Source: Felis catus
Taxonomy: Eukaryota
Reading direction: 5' to 3'
NCBI RefSeq assembly: GCF_018350175.1
Contig: NC_058368.1
Coordinates: 150,662,001-150,726,000 of the forward strand
Length of the DNA stretch: 64,000 nucleotides
The notes under the pieces were generated by a model, which did no database searches, had not been told where the DNA came from, and was given only the letters and a program-made list of their open reading frames with translations. Within the stretch, counting starts at the first letter, position 1, and each line of letters begins with the position of its first letter. A program made the translations under genes and the position numbers. Below are positions 1 to 12,769 of this stretch, one piece after another.

Positions 1-172
1 CTACCTATTAAAGGATTCCTTTTCTTGATGATCTGAAATGTTCTTTTTCAGTGACTATCAAGAGAAAGAACTATGATGACCTTCAATACTTCTAATATGA
101 TTGAGAAGCTCTCTATCAAAATCAAAAGTACTCAATAAATAACAGAATCTAGTTAGAAAACAGTTGTTTAAA

Positions 173-195
173 GTTTATTTATTTACTTAATTTAT

Positions 196-237
<42 letters not shown>

Positions 238-260
238 ACCAGGGGAGGGGGAGAGAGAGG

Positions 261-310
<50 letters not shown>

Positions 311-437
311 CCCAAGCAGGCTCCATGCTGCCAGTTCAGGGCCCAATGAAGGACTCGATCTCACAAGCCATTAGATCAAGACCTGAGCCGAAATCAAGAG
401 TCAGATACTTAACCAACTGAGCCACTGAGGTGCCCCA
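173..437 (-). mobile_element. CanSINE/SINEC (felid tRNA-derived SINE) with expanded (GA)n tract
   Basis: Poly-T/ttta tail at left, (ga)n at 199-305, ends ...gagccactgaggtgcccc, the reverse complement of the SINEC head. Confidence 0.9.
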
Positions 438-2184
438 AAAATAGTGTTAGCCTTAACCAACTAATGTTTCAGTTAGTTATGATTTAACATTATAATGAAT
501 GTTACCAAAGCTTTCTTATCTGTCCCTCCTGATTAGAAAACAGACTTAGTTTACAATTAATTCTAATTCTAGTTAGCATCTGACTCACCCAACCAACAAA
601 GCTGTCTGGTAATAAATGATAAAGTGAAGCTTCACTGTCCTAATATTAATTAACCTAATACAGGGAAGGGAAAAGACAATAAGCAAAAATTTAAACTTAA
701 GAAAATTCTACTAATAAATGTAAATATTAATAATGTAAAACTTTTCAGGAAAAAAAGTCATGGCTTCTCTTCTGAGCAAGACTATATTCAGAAACAAAAG
801 ACATAAACATTCATATTTGAATACATATGCCCATAAATCACAAAGAATTGGAAACATTTTTAATCAATCATTTATACTGATCATAAAAATGACTAAAATC
901 TTCTGAAATGATAAAAATACTTAACAAACATAATGAACTTAATGAAGTCATGATGGAGCAGAATCCTCCAATATGACTTTTTCTTTTAGGAAAAAAAAAA
1001 AAGCAGGAAGTGTGGCATTGCTTTGCTAGGTAAATCATTGTATTTGGGCAAACAGTGGCAATCAAATGGTGAAAGATAACAAAAATCAGCTAAGCACTGT
1101 GTAAAGGGCAGACACAGATAACTACATAAAAAAAATAAGCAATCAGATTAGTATTTCAAAAGGCGTCTACTACTTATCAAAAAGATAAAAGTATCATGTT
1201 TATTTAAAAAAAAAAAAAAAAAGCCATAGCCTACCATAGCCTTATAGTGCCTTATTTGTGACATCATATGATGGCAATCTATACTCATATATTTATAATA
1301 CAGAAAAGAACAGCTTGTTGAAGTTCTTTCTTCATAATTAATTTCTGGAGGAGAAAGGTCTCCCTTTCTCTCTCTAGTGTCTCTTATTATTTTCCATCTC
1401 ATCTCTTCTTCACAATCCAAACCTCTCTACTTCCAAGAATGTATTGCAAAGACTCATCAATATCATCCAGAGCTTCAACTTTTTTCCCTAAAAGACCTTT
1501 ATGATAAGTAAACAGTTATGATCAGCTGGAAGTAAGTAACATGGCAAGGTGACTTTTAAAAAAATCTACTGGTAGTAATAACCTTTATCATGTGCGTTGA
1601 CCATATGGTAGGGAATGCAAGGTACCCTATGATACTATGTTATTTGCAACTCAGGGAGAAAACTAAGTTCTAGCTATAAGCAACAGGTAGTCCAAGTGAA
1701 AGGATATGAGCAAGCCAATCCTTAGAAGGCCTCGGGAAAAGAAATGGGCTGAGACAGGCTTTTAGCACACTAGATACTTAACAATGACAAGAAATTCCAA
1801 TTCATCTCCAGTTCTCTAATTGCTCCTCACCTCATCAATGTTACTACAAGTCTATACTAGAGGCGCAATGGAAATTAATACTGTACAGAAGGAGTGCCTT
1901 AACTGGATGCAATTAAGGTGGAGAGAATATGAAGGACTGAATTCTTATTTTGAGTGAATGCAGCAATGTCAGACCTGTTTGCACTTGAATTAGGCTAATC
2001 ATTAGTGCTATGCATGACAGTAATGATTGATTTCTTTAATAGTATATGAGATGTAATAGAACTTATTGAACTAGATTGGGAAAGACTTTCTAGAAATATA
2101 ACACCCTAATGTTGTTTCTATAGGAAAATGTTCTGGAAATGACTCCTCTCATAAGTTGAAACCTATCAAATGTAAACAGTAAGA

Positions 2185-2420
2185 CTGGTACAACAACACA
2201 ATGGCCAAACTGCCTGCGTTCAAGTCAAATTCCACCATCAATAACTGTTTAATTTTGGAAGAGTTACTCTAATCTTGCTGTGTCTCCATTTCTACATCTG
2301 TGGAATAGAGGTTAAAAAAAAAAAAAGCAGGTAAAAAAGTGGAGGTGGAAAAAAAAAATCCAAGATTAAATACTTCATGAAGATTTAAATGAGTTAATGT
2401 AAGTAGGATACATAAATACT
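2185..2420 (+). mobile_element. MIR fragment
   Basis: Degenerate MIR core: ...gtgtctccatttctacatctgtggaatagagg...gatttaaatgagttaatg. Confidence 0.55.
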
Positions 2421-3101
2421 TTTACTTAAATAAAATGAGGAAAAGTAATATTCAATTTCTTACCCACCTAACATACTTCTACTTACCCTTAAAAGACCTA
2501 GTCCAATCAATCCTCTGTGAAACTCTTCTTGAAAGACAAATTGAATATTCCCTCCACTGTCAGTCACTTCAATATACATTCAACTAAATGTGCGTCAGTG
2601 AATATCAGTGATATTCAGTTTCACATATTCAGAATCACAAAAACTTGAGTCAAACCCCAGAGGTCATCTAGTTCTAGTTCAAGCATACTTTCCATGCCAT
2701 ATATTTATTGTACTTTCCCCAAAATCATCCTTATGAGCATGTATGAGCAGATTGGCTTTTCATACTACCTAAAGATTTTTTTAAAATAAATACAACTTAA
2801 GACCCTGAATCTCAATATCAAAGAATCAAAAGCTGAAATGATACCAGGTTTTTCTAAATCTTTTGATTATGGGCAAATCACAAAGATATTTTAGTCTACT
2901 TTAACAATGGAATAACTAAGTCTGTTTTATGTAAGTGAAAGATATGAATGTAAAATCAGTATATTGTGAGTTAATGAGTTGTATTCTCACAAAAAATATA
3001 CTAAAAGACTAAAAATATGTGGCACAAACCAATCTATTAAATAAAACATCACTTACTATTATAGAGGTTTCTTTAAGGAAAAAAACACAAAATATACTTA
3101 A

Positions 3102-3338
3102 GGGGCGCCTGGGTGGTTCAGTAGTTTGGATGTCTGAACCTTGGTTTTGACTCTGGTCATGATCTCCTGGTTTGTGAGTTCACGCCCCACGTTGGGCTCC
3201 ATGCTGCTGGTGTGGAGCCCTGCTTAGGAATTTCTCTCCCTCTTTCTCCCTCTCTCTCTGCCCCTTCCCTCATTCTCTTTCTCTTTCAAAATAAATAAAT
3301 AAACTTGAAAAAAATAAAAAACTAAACAAAAAAAAAAT
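3102..3338 (+). mobile_element. CanSINE/SINEC
   Basis: Head ggggcgcctgggtggttcag, (ct)n, aataaa/A tail, flanked by aaa(t)atacttaa TSD-like repeats. Confidence 0.92.
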
Positions 3339-3534
3339 ACTTAAATTAATTACCTGTTCACTGTTTGGAAAAATGATAATGTTTAACTTTATTGAAAGAA
3401 TTATATAGCTACAGACAATATGAGCTTTGTGCCTGACATTATAGTAATTGTTTAGAGTATAGCTCCCAAATATGTACTCACAGATAACACGCATATATGT
3501 TGAAGATATATACATATGTATATTAAATCATACT

Positions 3535-3815
3535 TGTTCCACTGTCACCTCATTTAGGTTTTCTCTGAATAACTTAACTAATAAAACAACCACCCTAATC
3601 ATTTTCTATCCCTCACCCTGCTTTTATCTTTCTTAGTTGCATTTATCACAACCAACACATATTATGTCTCATTTCATTATCATCAGAATCTCCCAGTAAA
3701 ACATAAGCTCCACAAAGGCAGTATTATCCCTGTTTAATAAAGTTATATCCCTATGGCCAAGAATACAGATATACCTGACATACAGATGGTGCTTAATAAA
3801 TAGTGAATAATCGAT
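3535..3815 (+). mobile_element. LINE-2 3' end fragment
   Basis: taagctccacaaaggcag...tggtgcttaataaatagtgaa resembles the L2 terminus. Confidence 0.55.
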
Positions 3816-4379
3816 TAAACAGTACTTGTGAGAAGAGACCATGATTTTTAAATGTTTGGGGAAGGAAAAAGTATAATCATTTCAATCAAAACCAAGCGAA
3901 TGTTCATTCTACCAGACCTTCAAAGATTTTTTTTTGTAGGTGGTAGATAAAGAGTAAAGAGACACTTGACAGACAAGTTTCTTCAAAGTTTCTTTGGGGC
4001 AAGTTGTGTTCGCTTGACTTAGTAACATGGGCAAAACCACAGTACAACATTAAGAAAATAAGTTCTCTCTTAGAAACGAACACTTTCAATTATCTTCTGA
4101 TTTTCTAAAATCAACCAAATTTGCTTTACGCTTTTACTCCAGAGCAAACAAAAGAACTAAATTTAAAAAGTGGACCAAAACCGGAGTATAAGCTAGTCTT
4201 AAGAATCAATCTTAAATAAACCAAATTCTACCCATGAGAACAGTCTCTACTATTATTTGAACTAAGCCTTTTTAGGAAAGTAGTGAAGGAGAGAAGTCAC
4301 AGGAAAAATCAGAGATGTGGGAAGAAACCCAAATCTCTGCCACTATATGGCTAATTGATAAAACCTGAGAATTCATCCG

Positions 4380-5370
4380 TGAAGCTACACATGTCCATTC
4401 ACCAAGAAAGACCACATTCTGGGTCATAAAACACACCTTAAACTTAAAAAAAAACAGAAATCATACAATGTCTGCCCTCAGACTGCAATGTAATTAAACT
4501 AGAAATCAGTAAACAGAAAGAAAAGTGGAAAATCCCAAAATATGTCAAGACTAAACAATACATTTTTAAATAACACATGGGTCAAAAAGGAAAAACCAAG
4601 ACAAATTCAAGATATTTTTAATTAAATTAAAACATAACTTATCAAAATTTATGGTATGTAGCAAAAGCAGTGCTTAAACAGAAATCTATAGCATTGAATG
4701 TAAATACTAGAAAAGATCTAAAATCAAACACCTAAAATTCCACCTTAGGAAACTAAAAAAAGAGCAGATTAAATCCAAACTAAGCAGAAGGAAAATAAAT
4801 AATAATAATTAGAGCAGAAATCAGTAAAACTGGAAAGAAGAAATCAATAGAGAAAAATCAATGAAACCAAAAACTGGTTCTCTGAAAAGATCAATAAAAT
4901 CAATAAGCCTAGTCAGGCTAAGAAAAAGGAGGACACAAATTACTAATACCAGAAACCAAACAGGTGACATCACTACAGACTCCACGGACATTAAAATAAT
5001 AAAGAAGCACTACGAACAACTCCATGCCCACAGATTTTATAACCTACATGAAATGGACTGATTCCTTGAAAGATACAATTTGCCAAAACTGACATAAGAA
5101 ATGGACAATCTGAACAGGCCTGTATCTATTAAAGAAACTGAATCAACAATTAATAACCTTCCTTAACAGAAAGCACTCAGCCCAGAAAACTACAGATCAT
5201 CTTTATCTCTTATAAATATAAATGCAAAAATCCTAAACTTTTAGCAAATCAAACCCAGCAACATATGAAAAGAATTATATATCCCAGCCAAACGGAATTT
5301 ATTCCAGGGATGCAAGGCTAGTGCAATATTCAAAAATCAATTAAAAGAATCCACCATATCAATAAACTGC
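4380..5370 (+). mobile_element. Old LINE-1 (L1M) ORF2 fragment, degraded
   Basis: ORF 4861-5061 contains GDITTDSTDIKIIKKHYEQLHAHRFYNLHEMD, typical of L1 ORF2; A-rich, many stops. Confidence 0.85.
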
Positions 5371-5436
5371 AGATGTTTGATCATCACCCAGCACAAATCT
5401 CTCCAATATCTCAACTAAAGTCTGTAAGGTCTGCAT

Positions 5437-5607
5437 TAGAGTTCTCTCAAAGTATGGTTTAAGGACTGCCAATTTCAGATTTAACTGTAAAACTCTTCAT
5501 TAAAAGTAAGATTCTGAAACTCTACCTCCCATTAATGGGGCCCAGATAAGCATTTTTATCAAACATCACAGGTGAATTCTACACAAACTCAAATTTAAGA
5601 ACTAGTG
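5437..5607. mobile_element. MER5A-like hAT-Charlie MITE
   Basis: Termini gttctctcaaagt...aaatttaagaactagtg; internal ggggcccag...catttttatcaaacatcacaggtgaattct. Confidence 0.6.
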
Positions 5608-6439
5608 TCCTCAGTTAAGTCACCTACTACATGACACCTACTGTTAGAATTTCTTTCTTCTATTCTTTGAGCACGTTATACATACCTCTTATAACATTTA
5701 CCATTCTCTTCTCAATACCCCTTTCGGCCCCCTAATCTTTTTCATTAACTCTAAATGAGTAAGGCAGAAGTTGACAGCCCTTTTTTTTTTGCCAACAGAC
5801 AACATAGCTCAATCCCAGCAATAAAAATTACCACAGAATGCTACATAAATAAAACAAGCCATGAGATACCTCCAATTCCAGGAACTAGCTCTATTCTACA
5901 TACTTTGTCCTGCAAATAAGCTTAAATGGTAAAAAGATCTATTTGATTACAGCTGATTTGTAATTTTCAAAAAGAAAAGTATAAGAGAAGAAATAGTTTC
6001 ATCATTCCTTTAGTAAACTGTCTATAGACTAACAATTTTTACAACATGAAAGAAAAACTTAAGAGTGAATACTAAGTATTTTTAGTCTGGACTATAATCC
6101 TACTCTCATCTGCTCACAACAGAAGAACCTTATTACATGCACAAGCATTTACTGAGTTTGGGTCTACTTAATGTACCAGGGAATAAAAGAACAGAGTGAA
6201 TTTTTATCAATTAAAACAAGTAAAATCAAGGTGTCCCAACGCTTTGCTTTCCATTCTGTAATAGTATTTAGGACAATAGTGAAATACCTGGTCAAACATA
6301 TGTACAAAGATTCCAAGTATCCTACATGATGTATAAAAAAAAAAAAAAAACACAAGGAGAATGAAAAAAAAAAATCAAATTTGAAAAATCAAAAGGGTAA
6401 GGAAAAAAGTGGGTAAGGAAAAAAGTGGAAGTCAGACAA

Positions 6440-6662
6440 ATTTTTTTTTTTTTTGCATTTATTTATTTTTGAGAGACAGGGACAGCATGAGCAGAGGAGG
6501 GGATGAGAGAGAAGGAGACATAGAATCTGAAGCAGGCTCCAGGCTCCAAGCTGTCAGCACAGAGCCTGACGCGGGGCTCAAACCCACTCAAACTCACGAA
6601 CCATGAGATCATGACCTGAGCTGAAGTGGGACGCTCAACCGACTGAGCCACTCAGGCGCCCC
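6440..6662 (-). mobile_element. CanSINE/SINEC
   Basis: Poly-T, gagagacag, ends tgagccactcaggcgcccc. Confidence 0.92.
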
Positions 6663-6762
6663 AAGACTAAAATTTTTTGAATGAGAAACATGTACCTCTT
6701 CTGAAAAAAGTCCTGAAAGTTAAAGAATCAGAAATGTGAGAATTAGAAAGTATTTTAATCTT

Positions 6763-6958
6763 GGGGTGCCTGGGTGGCTCAGTCAGTTAAGAACTCTTGG
6801 TTTAGGCTGAGGTCAAGATATCACAGTTCGTGAGTTCGAGCCACACATCAGGCTCTGCAACGGTGCAGATTCTTGGGATTCTCTCTCTCTCCACCCCTCC
6901 TTAGCTTGCTCGTTCTCTCTCTCTCTCTCAAAATAAGTAAACTTAAAAAAAAAAAAAG
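6763..6958 (+). mobile_element. CanSINE/SINEC
   Basis: Head ggggtgcctgggtggctcag; TSD-like ttttaatctt on both sides. Confidence 0.92.
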
Positions 6959-8121
6959 ATGTTTTAATCTTCATCAAGCCCCACTTCTCTTATCTAGGAG
7001 GAAACTGGAACCATTACCTAAGTTGACTCCTTTTTCCAAATTCATGGAACTAGTAATGGGCAGAATCTGGGTCTTCTGAGTTCAAGTACAGCCTGTTTTG
7101 CATAGCATTAGGCCCAAGCTGTGAAAAAGTTCTCAATTGAACCAAGCTGTATTCAAAATAAATTCAACCCCTCACTTCATTTAATGTCTAAACCTTTTCT
7201 TTTGAAGGATTCCATACATTGCCTAAACTTTCATATACAGACGTTATCAACTTCATGACTGGGAACACTTAAGTGGAGTTAAGTAAGTTAACACAAAAAT
7301 ATAAGCAATACCAGAATGAAGAGTCAATTAGTTGGCCCCTGGTGACCTTCTCCAGGTGACATTCTCTTACGTGACATTTTGAGAAACAGCATGAGTTTAC
7401 CTCAACCTAAAATAAAACTATATTTTTTGAGATGGCAGGAGGAGGAGTTCTCCTTCTAGTATTACAGAATACTGGGCGTAAGTTCACATTCAGCTTCTTT
7501 GTGACTATTGTAAATTTAAGGATTTTTATTGTATTTTCATCCTCTGCTTTTCAGACCAATAAGCAAAAACTGAGCTTAAATTTAGAAGTGGAGATTTTTT
7601 TACTGAGTTTTTAAGTCAGTAGTAGTCTGACTATGCCAAACTAGTGTTATCTTAGGGAAACCAGTGCTTATTTCCAGACCTCAGACTCTTCCTTATGTCA
7701 AATTAGGGAGAGAGGGAGTGGAGGTGGTTAGGCTAATTATTGTCTTTGGCTCCTTCTCATTCTACTATACCCTATCTTTGTCTTAATTTCACTGATATAA
7801 AAGAGAAGAAAAGAAAAAAAAAAAAACTCTTAATGAACAAAAACTGTATTATTCACTGAAGTTAAAAACACACAGACTGCCAAAAAGAATCATATGTTAC
7901 ATTAGCTGGTAGAGTACACCAGAAACCACATTACTTTGAAGTTCTTTTCTTTCACATTCATTGAAGTTTCTAAGTCATTCGAAAGTCCAACATCGTACAC
8001 AACAGCTGAACAAGGTCGACATTTGGTCCTGGATAAACACGGTACACTGAAACTAAATGCCAAGACACACTCCCTTCCAGATGAGAATTTGAAATCTTTT
8101 ATATAGTCAAATAATTGACAA

Positions 8122-8718
8122 TGTTGAACTTTACCAGATCCCTGTGATCTTGGAAAAGAGCAAAGGTTCAGAAATACCCCCTACACCCTTTTGTGTTTTG
8201 TAAAGGGCTTACTGCAATGAACCACTGGTACCCACATGACTTAGGTAAGACTCACAGATGCCCCACGTGTTTACCTATGACAAGCTCAGAGACAGAGCCC
8301 ACAAATTCCTATTCGTTGTTTCACAAGTGATTGGCTGAACTGCATGTGCCCACAGATCAACTGAAACAAAACATTTGTTACTGAAATTCTGGTTAAGATC
8401 CTCTTTCCCCCGGTTCAGTCTGAAGCAGCATACAACTCCTTTTTGACAGCTCTTCCTCCGAACAGACTGGCCTGAGAGTAAAACAATCTGATTAACTGTT
8501 TAATGTACTATGCTTTCATCTCACCTCCCCACATATGGTTCTTCCTACCATTATTTTACTCCTCCCTATAAAAGAAAAACCTTTTTGCTTAACCTTTGAG
8601 ACTCTTGCCGATCTTACGGTTAGAGCATTCTCCCTATGCAATAGTCCCATTCCCCAGACCTTTGCAATATTCCTTTCGAATAAAATCCCTCCTTACCGAG
8701 TCTGAATTTTTTATGACA
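8122..8718 (+). mobile_element. Solo ERV1 LTR, MER34/MER39-like
   Basis: TG...CA termini, TATAAAAG at 8567, AATAAA at 8679, tgcaatagtcccattcccc...ttgcaatattcctttcgaataaa tail resembling the MER34 family. Confidence 0.7.
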
Positions 8719-8889
8719 CCCTTCCCAATTTCAAATGGGCTGAGTCTGAAAGATAAGCTTACTTTGCCCTTTATCTTAGGTGACAAGTGTTGATCCTCTA
8801 CAAGAAAGGGTTCCTTTGTGTCAACTTGGAAAAGCTAAAGGAATTTCTAAGATCTTAAGTTCTTGGCCACTGCCAAGCAGCAGAGGAGG

Positions 8890-9750
8890 AGGGAGGGGCG
8901 GAAATGATCAACCCGGCAAGGTCAGCTCTAGGGACCACCTGGCGCCACACGCCATACACAGTGAATGGACCACGAACATTCTGGCTACCTACTAGGTATT
9001 CCTGGACAAACCTCGCCTTTGGGCAGGGCGGATGCCGCTTCCTCAGGGGCCCAGGAGCTTCAGCACTCCGGGACAGGTGCGGGGTCCTGCCCCCACGAAT
9101 CATCCCACTGCTCTCGCCTGCTCCATCCTCAGCCGGGAATCCGACTGGCTACCTTCACAGGACTGACCTCATGGCCCCTTCCTTCCCCCTGTTGTTACTC
9201 CAGTCTTCAAACGAGGACTCACCATGGCGCCAAGGACAGGTCGCAGACCGGACGCCCTGGAATCCCCGGGACCGTCCTGGACCTTCCCTCCCCACCCTGC
9301 AGACGGGAGCCTCTTAAACAACGCGAGGGAGAGAGTTTTCCGGCTCTGGCGGAAGTTCTGCCCGCGCGGGACAGGAAGTCCCTCCCTTCCTTGAACGCCT
9401 GCGACCCCACGCCACGCAGAGGTGAGCATACGCAGGACGTCCTCTAATGCCACTTCCGTGGGTGCTAGGTTAGAGGCTGGGGGCGGTGCTGACCTTGAGA
9501 GTGCGCGGGGGGGAGGCGCAGGCGCAGCACAGGTAGGTGGGCGGGCGGGGGGTGTTGCTGCGACCGTGAGCTTCGGAGGTACGTTGGGTAGTTTGGGCCG
9601 GAGCGCATCCTCGCCCGGGGAGGCGACGGAGGCGCAGGTTGATGAACGGGGTGGGGACTGACCCCAGAGGATTTAGTGAGGGAGAAAAATCACAGGCCGT
9701 GGTCGTGCTGAGACAACAGTAATTGCCTGAACTCAGCCACGCGCTTTCTT
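8890..9750. promoter_or_regulatory. CpG-island bidirectional promoter
   Basis: Sharp rise in GC and CpG; ETS/GABP motifs cggaagt 9350-9356, caggaagt 9372-9379, acttccg 9452-9458; NRF1-like gcgcaggcgca 9516-9526; GC boxes at ~8895 and ~9480; splice donors pointing outward on both strands. Confidence 0.9.
9223..9225 (-). CDS. TMEM161B: Start codon forming the entire coding part of exon 1 of a minus-strand protein-coding gene; tentative TMEM161B. 5'UTR runs to about 9350 and later exons lie left of the window
   Basis: Minus strand reads ...cctgtccttGGCGCC-ATG|gtgagt (Kozak context directly followed by a consensus donor at 9217-9222). The name is an inference from recalled architecture (ATG-only first coding exon, long intron 1, divergent spliced lncRNA, gene-poor AT-rich region). 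No protein sequence is available to confirm it. Confidence 0.45.
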
Positions 9751-10299
9751 TTACCTTCTCCTTTTCCAGGCTGCCCCTTCCTGGAGACTTTCCGGATCTC
9801 CACAGACCTGTTTGTCCCTCCGTCATCTCTTCTACCTGCTTTAGTGCGTCCTGCAGCGCTCCTCTTCCTCGGGGCAGTGGAATTTGATCCTCAGATGTTT
9901 CTTCACTATTCATATATACCAGTTGAAGCCAGAAGAACATCTACCAAGAGCAGACAAACCAGGAGGAGAATTCTGCCTATTTAATACATTCCAATGTGGA
10001 CGGTTTCCTTTTATTTTAAAAAATATATATCATCAGCTGGGGAAAAAGTGAAACTCCCGTGTACCTCTTAATTTGTGTTTTTTTCCAAAATCTGTACCCA
10101 GCAACTCTGTGCCTTTTTTTATTTGGCTGTAAGCCACGGTACTGGAGGCAGGCTTGAAGTGGATATACAGAGCACCTTTAACCCAGAAATTAATCTCACA
10201 ACTTGGGATCCTTGTTTAAGACGTGACTGTATCTACAATTTCACTTACAGGATCTCTTTTTGCCAGTATCTAGTTTTGTTATAAAGCTGGTCTTGGGAG
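9380..10299 (+). ncRNA. 5' end of a spliced divergent lncRNA (TMEM161B-DT/AS1-like, tentative); TSS approximate
   Basis: Plus-strand donors GAG|gtgagc (9421), CAG|gtaggt (9532), GAG|gtacgt (9578); strong acceptor ctttcttttaccttctccttttccag|G (9770); further acceptor/donor pair 10251-10299; no convincing ORF. Confidence 0.55.
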
Positions 10300-12034
10300 G
10301 TAAACTAGGAAGCTTAACAAGAAATTTAAGAAGGTTGGGCAGGCAGGAGTGGCTATACATGCACCTGGAGAGCATGATACCCAAGCTATAAATGGTCGAA
10401 AGACCATGGGAACCACTTCTGAGCCACCCCAAAGAAGCATGCTTTATATGAAAAAGGGGCCTAGAGACAGAGTGTATGAGTTGTTTTCACTTTAAATTTT
10501 CTTTTTTTGGTGGGGGTGGAAGGGGGATGAATAATGTGATAAAGATACAGGAGTTGTAAGCACCAACGTTGGAAGTAGCTGGAGGTGGGGTGGGGCTGAG
10601 AAATAGTTTGTGAAACAGACCGGCTGCTAACGGATCCAGAACTTCCCTGAGGGTTCCACCTCTGCTCTGTAGGGACAAGGTTGTAAATAGACAAGCCCCG
10701 GGGCATCTGCAGATGATAAGTGTGGTAGAGAAGGATTGGAGTCGTTCTGCTTGTGTATCTGTGGGAAGCAGCTGCTATCCTTGAGGAAGAAAAGGTGGAG
10801 AAGGAAACTGGCTATCAGTCTGTCAGTAACAACACATCCTGTGAAGTCTTACTCTTTCATTCCTGACACTTTGGTTCTTACATCCGTCCTAAACCTGGCA
10901 GCCTCATTGAGGTTCACAGAGCATCTCCTCCTATGTGACAGTAAGACTGGAATTATTATCAGGATGGAATCTATTCCTGCCAGAGTAAAACCACGAGAGG
11001 AAATCACAGTCAGTATTCGTTATCTGCTTATCATTTTTAATAGATCATGGAGTTCTATGCTCCTTATTTGGTATTTGGCAATTTGATAAATAACCCTTGA
11101 TTAATATCCTTTAATATTCTAATTTCTTTTACAGTGTGAAAAATCTGTCATACGTAATGTTTTCTAAAGATTAAAATGCATACCATATATGTTTAAAGGC
11201 AGCATCTCCCTGTCTTTTTTATCCCACAAATAATTACAGTGTTTTGTATTGGTTACACGTGTTGAAGTAGAGGGATTTACCTATTTCCATTCTTTAAAAT
11301 AGAGGAGAGTCTTTGACAGATAAAAAGAAAGGGGAAAATTATGAAAGGAAATAAAAGACGTGGATAAGGGAGATTAGGAAGAAATCCAGTACTCTTGGCA
11401 AGGGAATTAGTCTAATCTTTGATCCAAGTCTTGGTTGCTTATTGTTAAGGCTTATTTGTTTGTTTGTTTGTTTTATTAAAAGTTGCAATGTCCTGAGTGA
11501 GAACTGTTCTCAAATACCTTAAGAACAGCAGAAAAATTACTTCCTCCTTCAACACCCACAATGACCTGGAACATTTTCAACCATTAAGACCTATCACTGT
11601 TTCAAAGACCAGCTCCATATTGTTCACAAAATGTTTTCCTGATTAGCTCCTCTTCTGAGAAATTAAAATTGCTTTTTCTTTGCTTTAATAAATAGGATTA
11701 TTATGTCCTTTATTACAAGGTGCCTTTGTAATTTCCCCCCAAATTACTATAGTATATTGTTTTCCTAATTAGACATAAATACCTAGAAAGCTGAGACCTT
11801 TTTGTGTTGACCACCTCCTTCCCCTTAAGAAATACCATTTAAATGAATGTTGGTGCACAAAAATCACTTTAGTTACATTACTCTTAAAATGCTTTATGAA
11901 CAAAAGTATTCGTGGTAGCAATACTTATAATGATAAAAAATTAGAAACAGTAGTTAGCAATTAGAGATGAGTCAAATGCTATCATGTATACTTAGTGAAA
12001 TATAGCTATTTTTTAAAAGTAGATTAGTCTTTCT

Positions 12035-12252
12035 AATGTTTATTTAATCTTTTTTTTTTTTTTTTTTTTTTAGAGAAAGAGAGAGAGCAAGTGTGAGCGG
12101 GGGAGGGGCAGAGCCAGACACAGAATCTGAAGCAGGCGCCAGGCACTGAGCTGTCAGCATAGAGCCCAATGCAGGGCTCTACCTCACAAACTGGGAGATC
12201 ATGATGTGAGCCAAAGTCGGAGGCTTAACCAACTGAGCCACCCAGGGTCCCC
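12035..12252 (-). mobile_element. CanSINE/SINEC
   Basis: TSD taga(t/c)tagtctttctaatg at 12020-12038 and 12253-12271. Confidence 0.92.
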
Positions 12253-12585
12253 TAGACTAGTCTTTCTAATGGGAAGTGTTTCTTTTCCAAATTAAAAGCA
12301 GGCTGCAAAATGATGACCAGTAAGATTGCTTTGATGTGAAAAAGAAAATCCTAAACATGGAACAAAGAGTAAAAAAGTAACCAAAGTATATCAATCACCA
12401 TTCCTGGAATTACCCTTAAAACCTTTCTGTAAGGGGGTAATTTTTAAAATTTTATTTTCTTTTATTTAAGAATGGATGAAAGGGGCTTACTTCTTTCTCA
12501 AAAGTATGCTTTGTAACCTCCATATAATTCTCATCTTCCTCATTTGGGAAAAACAAAACAACATGCTCTTCAGAAGTATACTGCA

Positions 12586-12768
12586 GGGCACCTGGGTGGC
12601 TCAGTCAGTTAAGCATCTGACTTCGGCTTAGGTCGTGATCTCGTGTTTCATGAGTTCGAGCCCCGAGTTGGGCTGTGTGATGACAGTTCAGAGCCTGGAG
12701 TCTGCTTCAGATTTTGTGTCTCCCTCTCTCTCTGCCCTTGCCCCACTCACACTCTCTTTCTCTCTCTC
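12586..12768 (+). mobile_element. CanSINE/SINEC lacking its A tail
   Basis: Head gggcacctgggtggctcag, B box gttcgagcc, (ct)n end. Confidence 0.9.
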
Positions 12769-12769
12769 A

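Noticed and set aside
589..8047. Possible minus-strand exons in intron 1 (~589-639 DSEASLYHLLPDSFVGW, ~6288-6321, ~7935-8047)
   Set aside because: Splice-like signals exist, but two give stops in frame with the ATG and none resembles a protein I recognise; indistinguishable from chance.
8932..8948. CTCF-like motif (minus strand gcgccaggtggtcc)
   Set aside because: About 10 of 14 core positions match in GC-rich DNA; not supportable without a matrix scan or ChIP data.
8855..9940. Long ORFs of 94-160 aa on both strands over the CpG island, including an ATG at 9427-9429 in frame with the 9223 start
   Set aside because: Stop-poor GC-rich sequence gives such ORFs by chance; no recognisable domain, and the upstream ATG probably lies beyond the minus-strand TSS.
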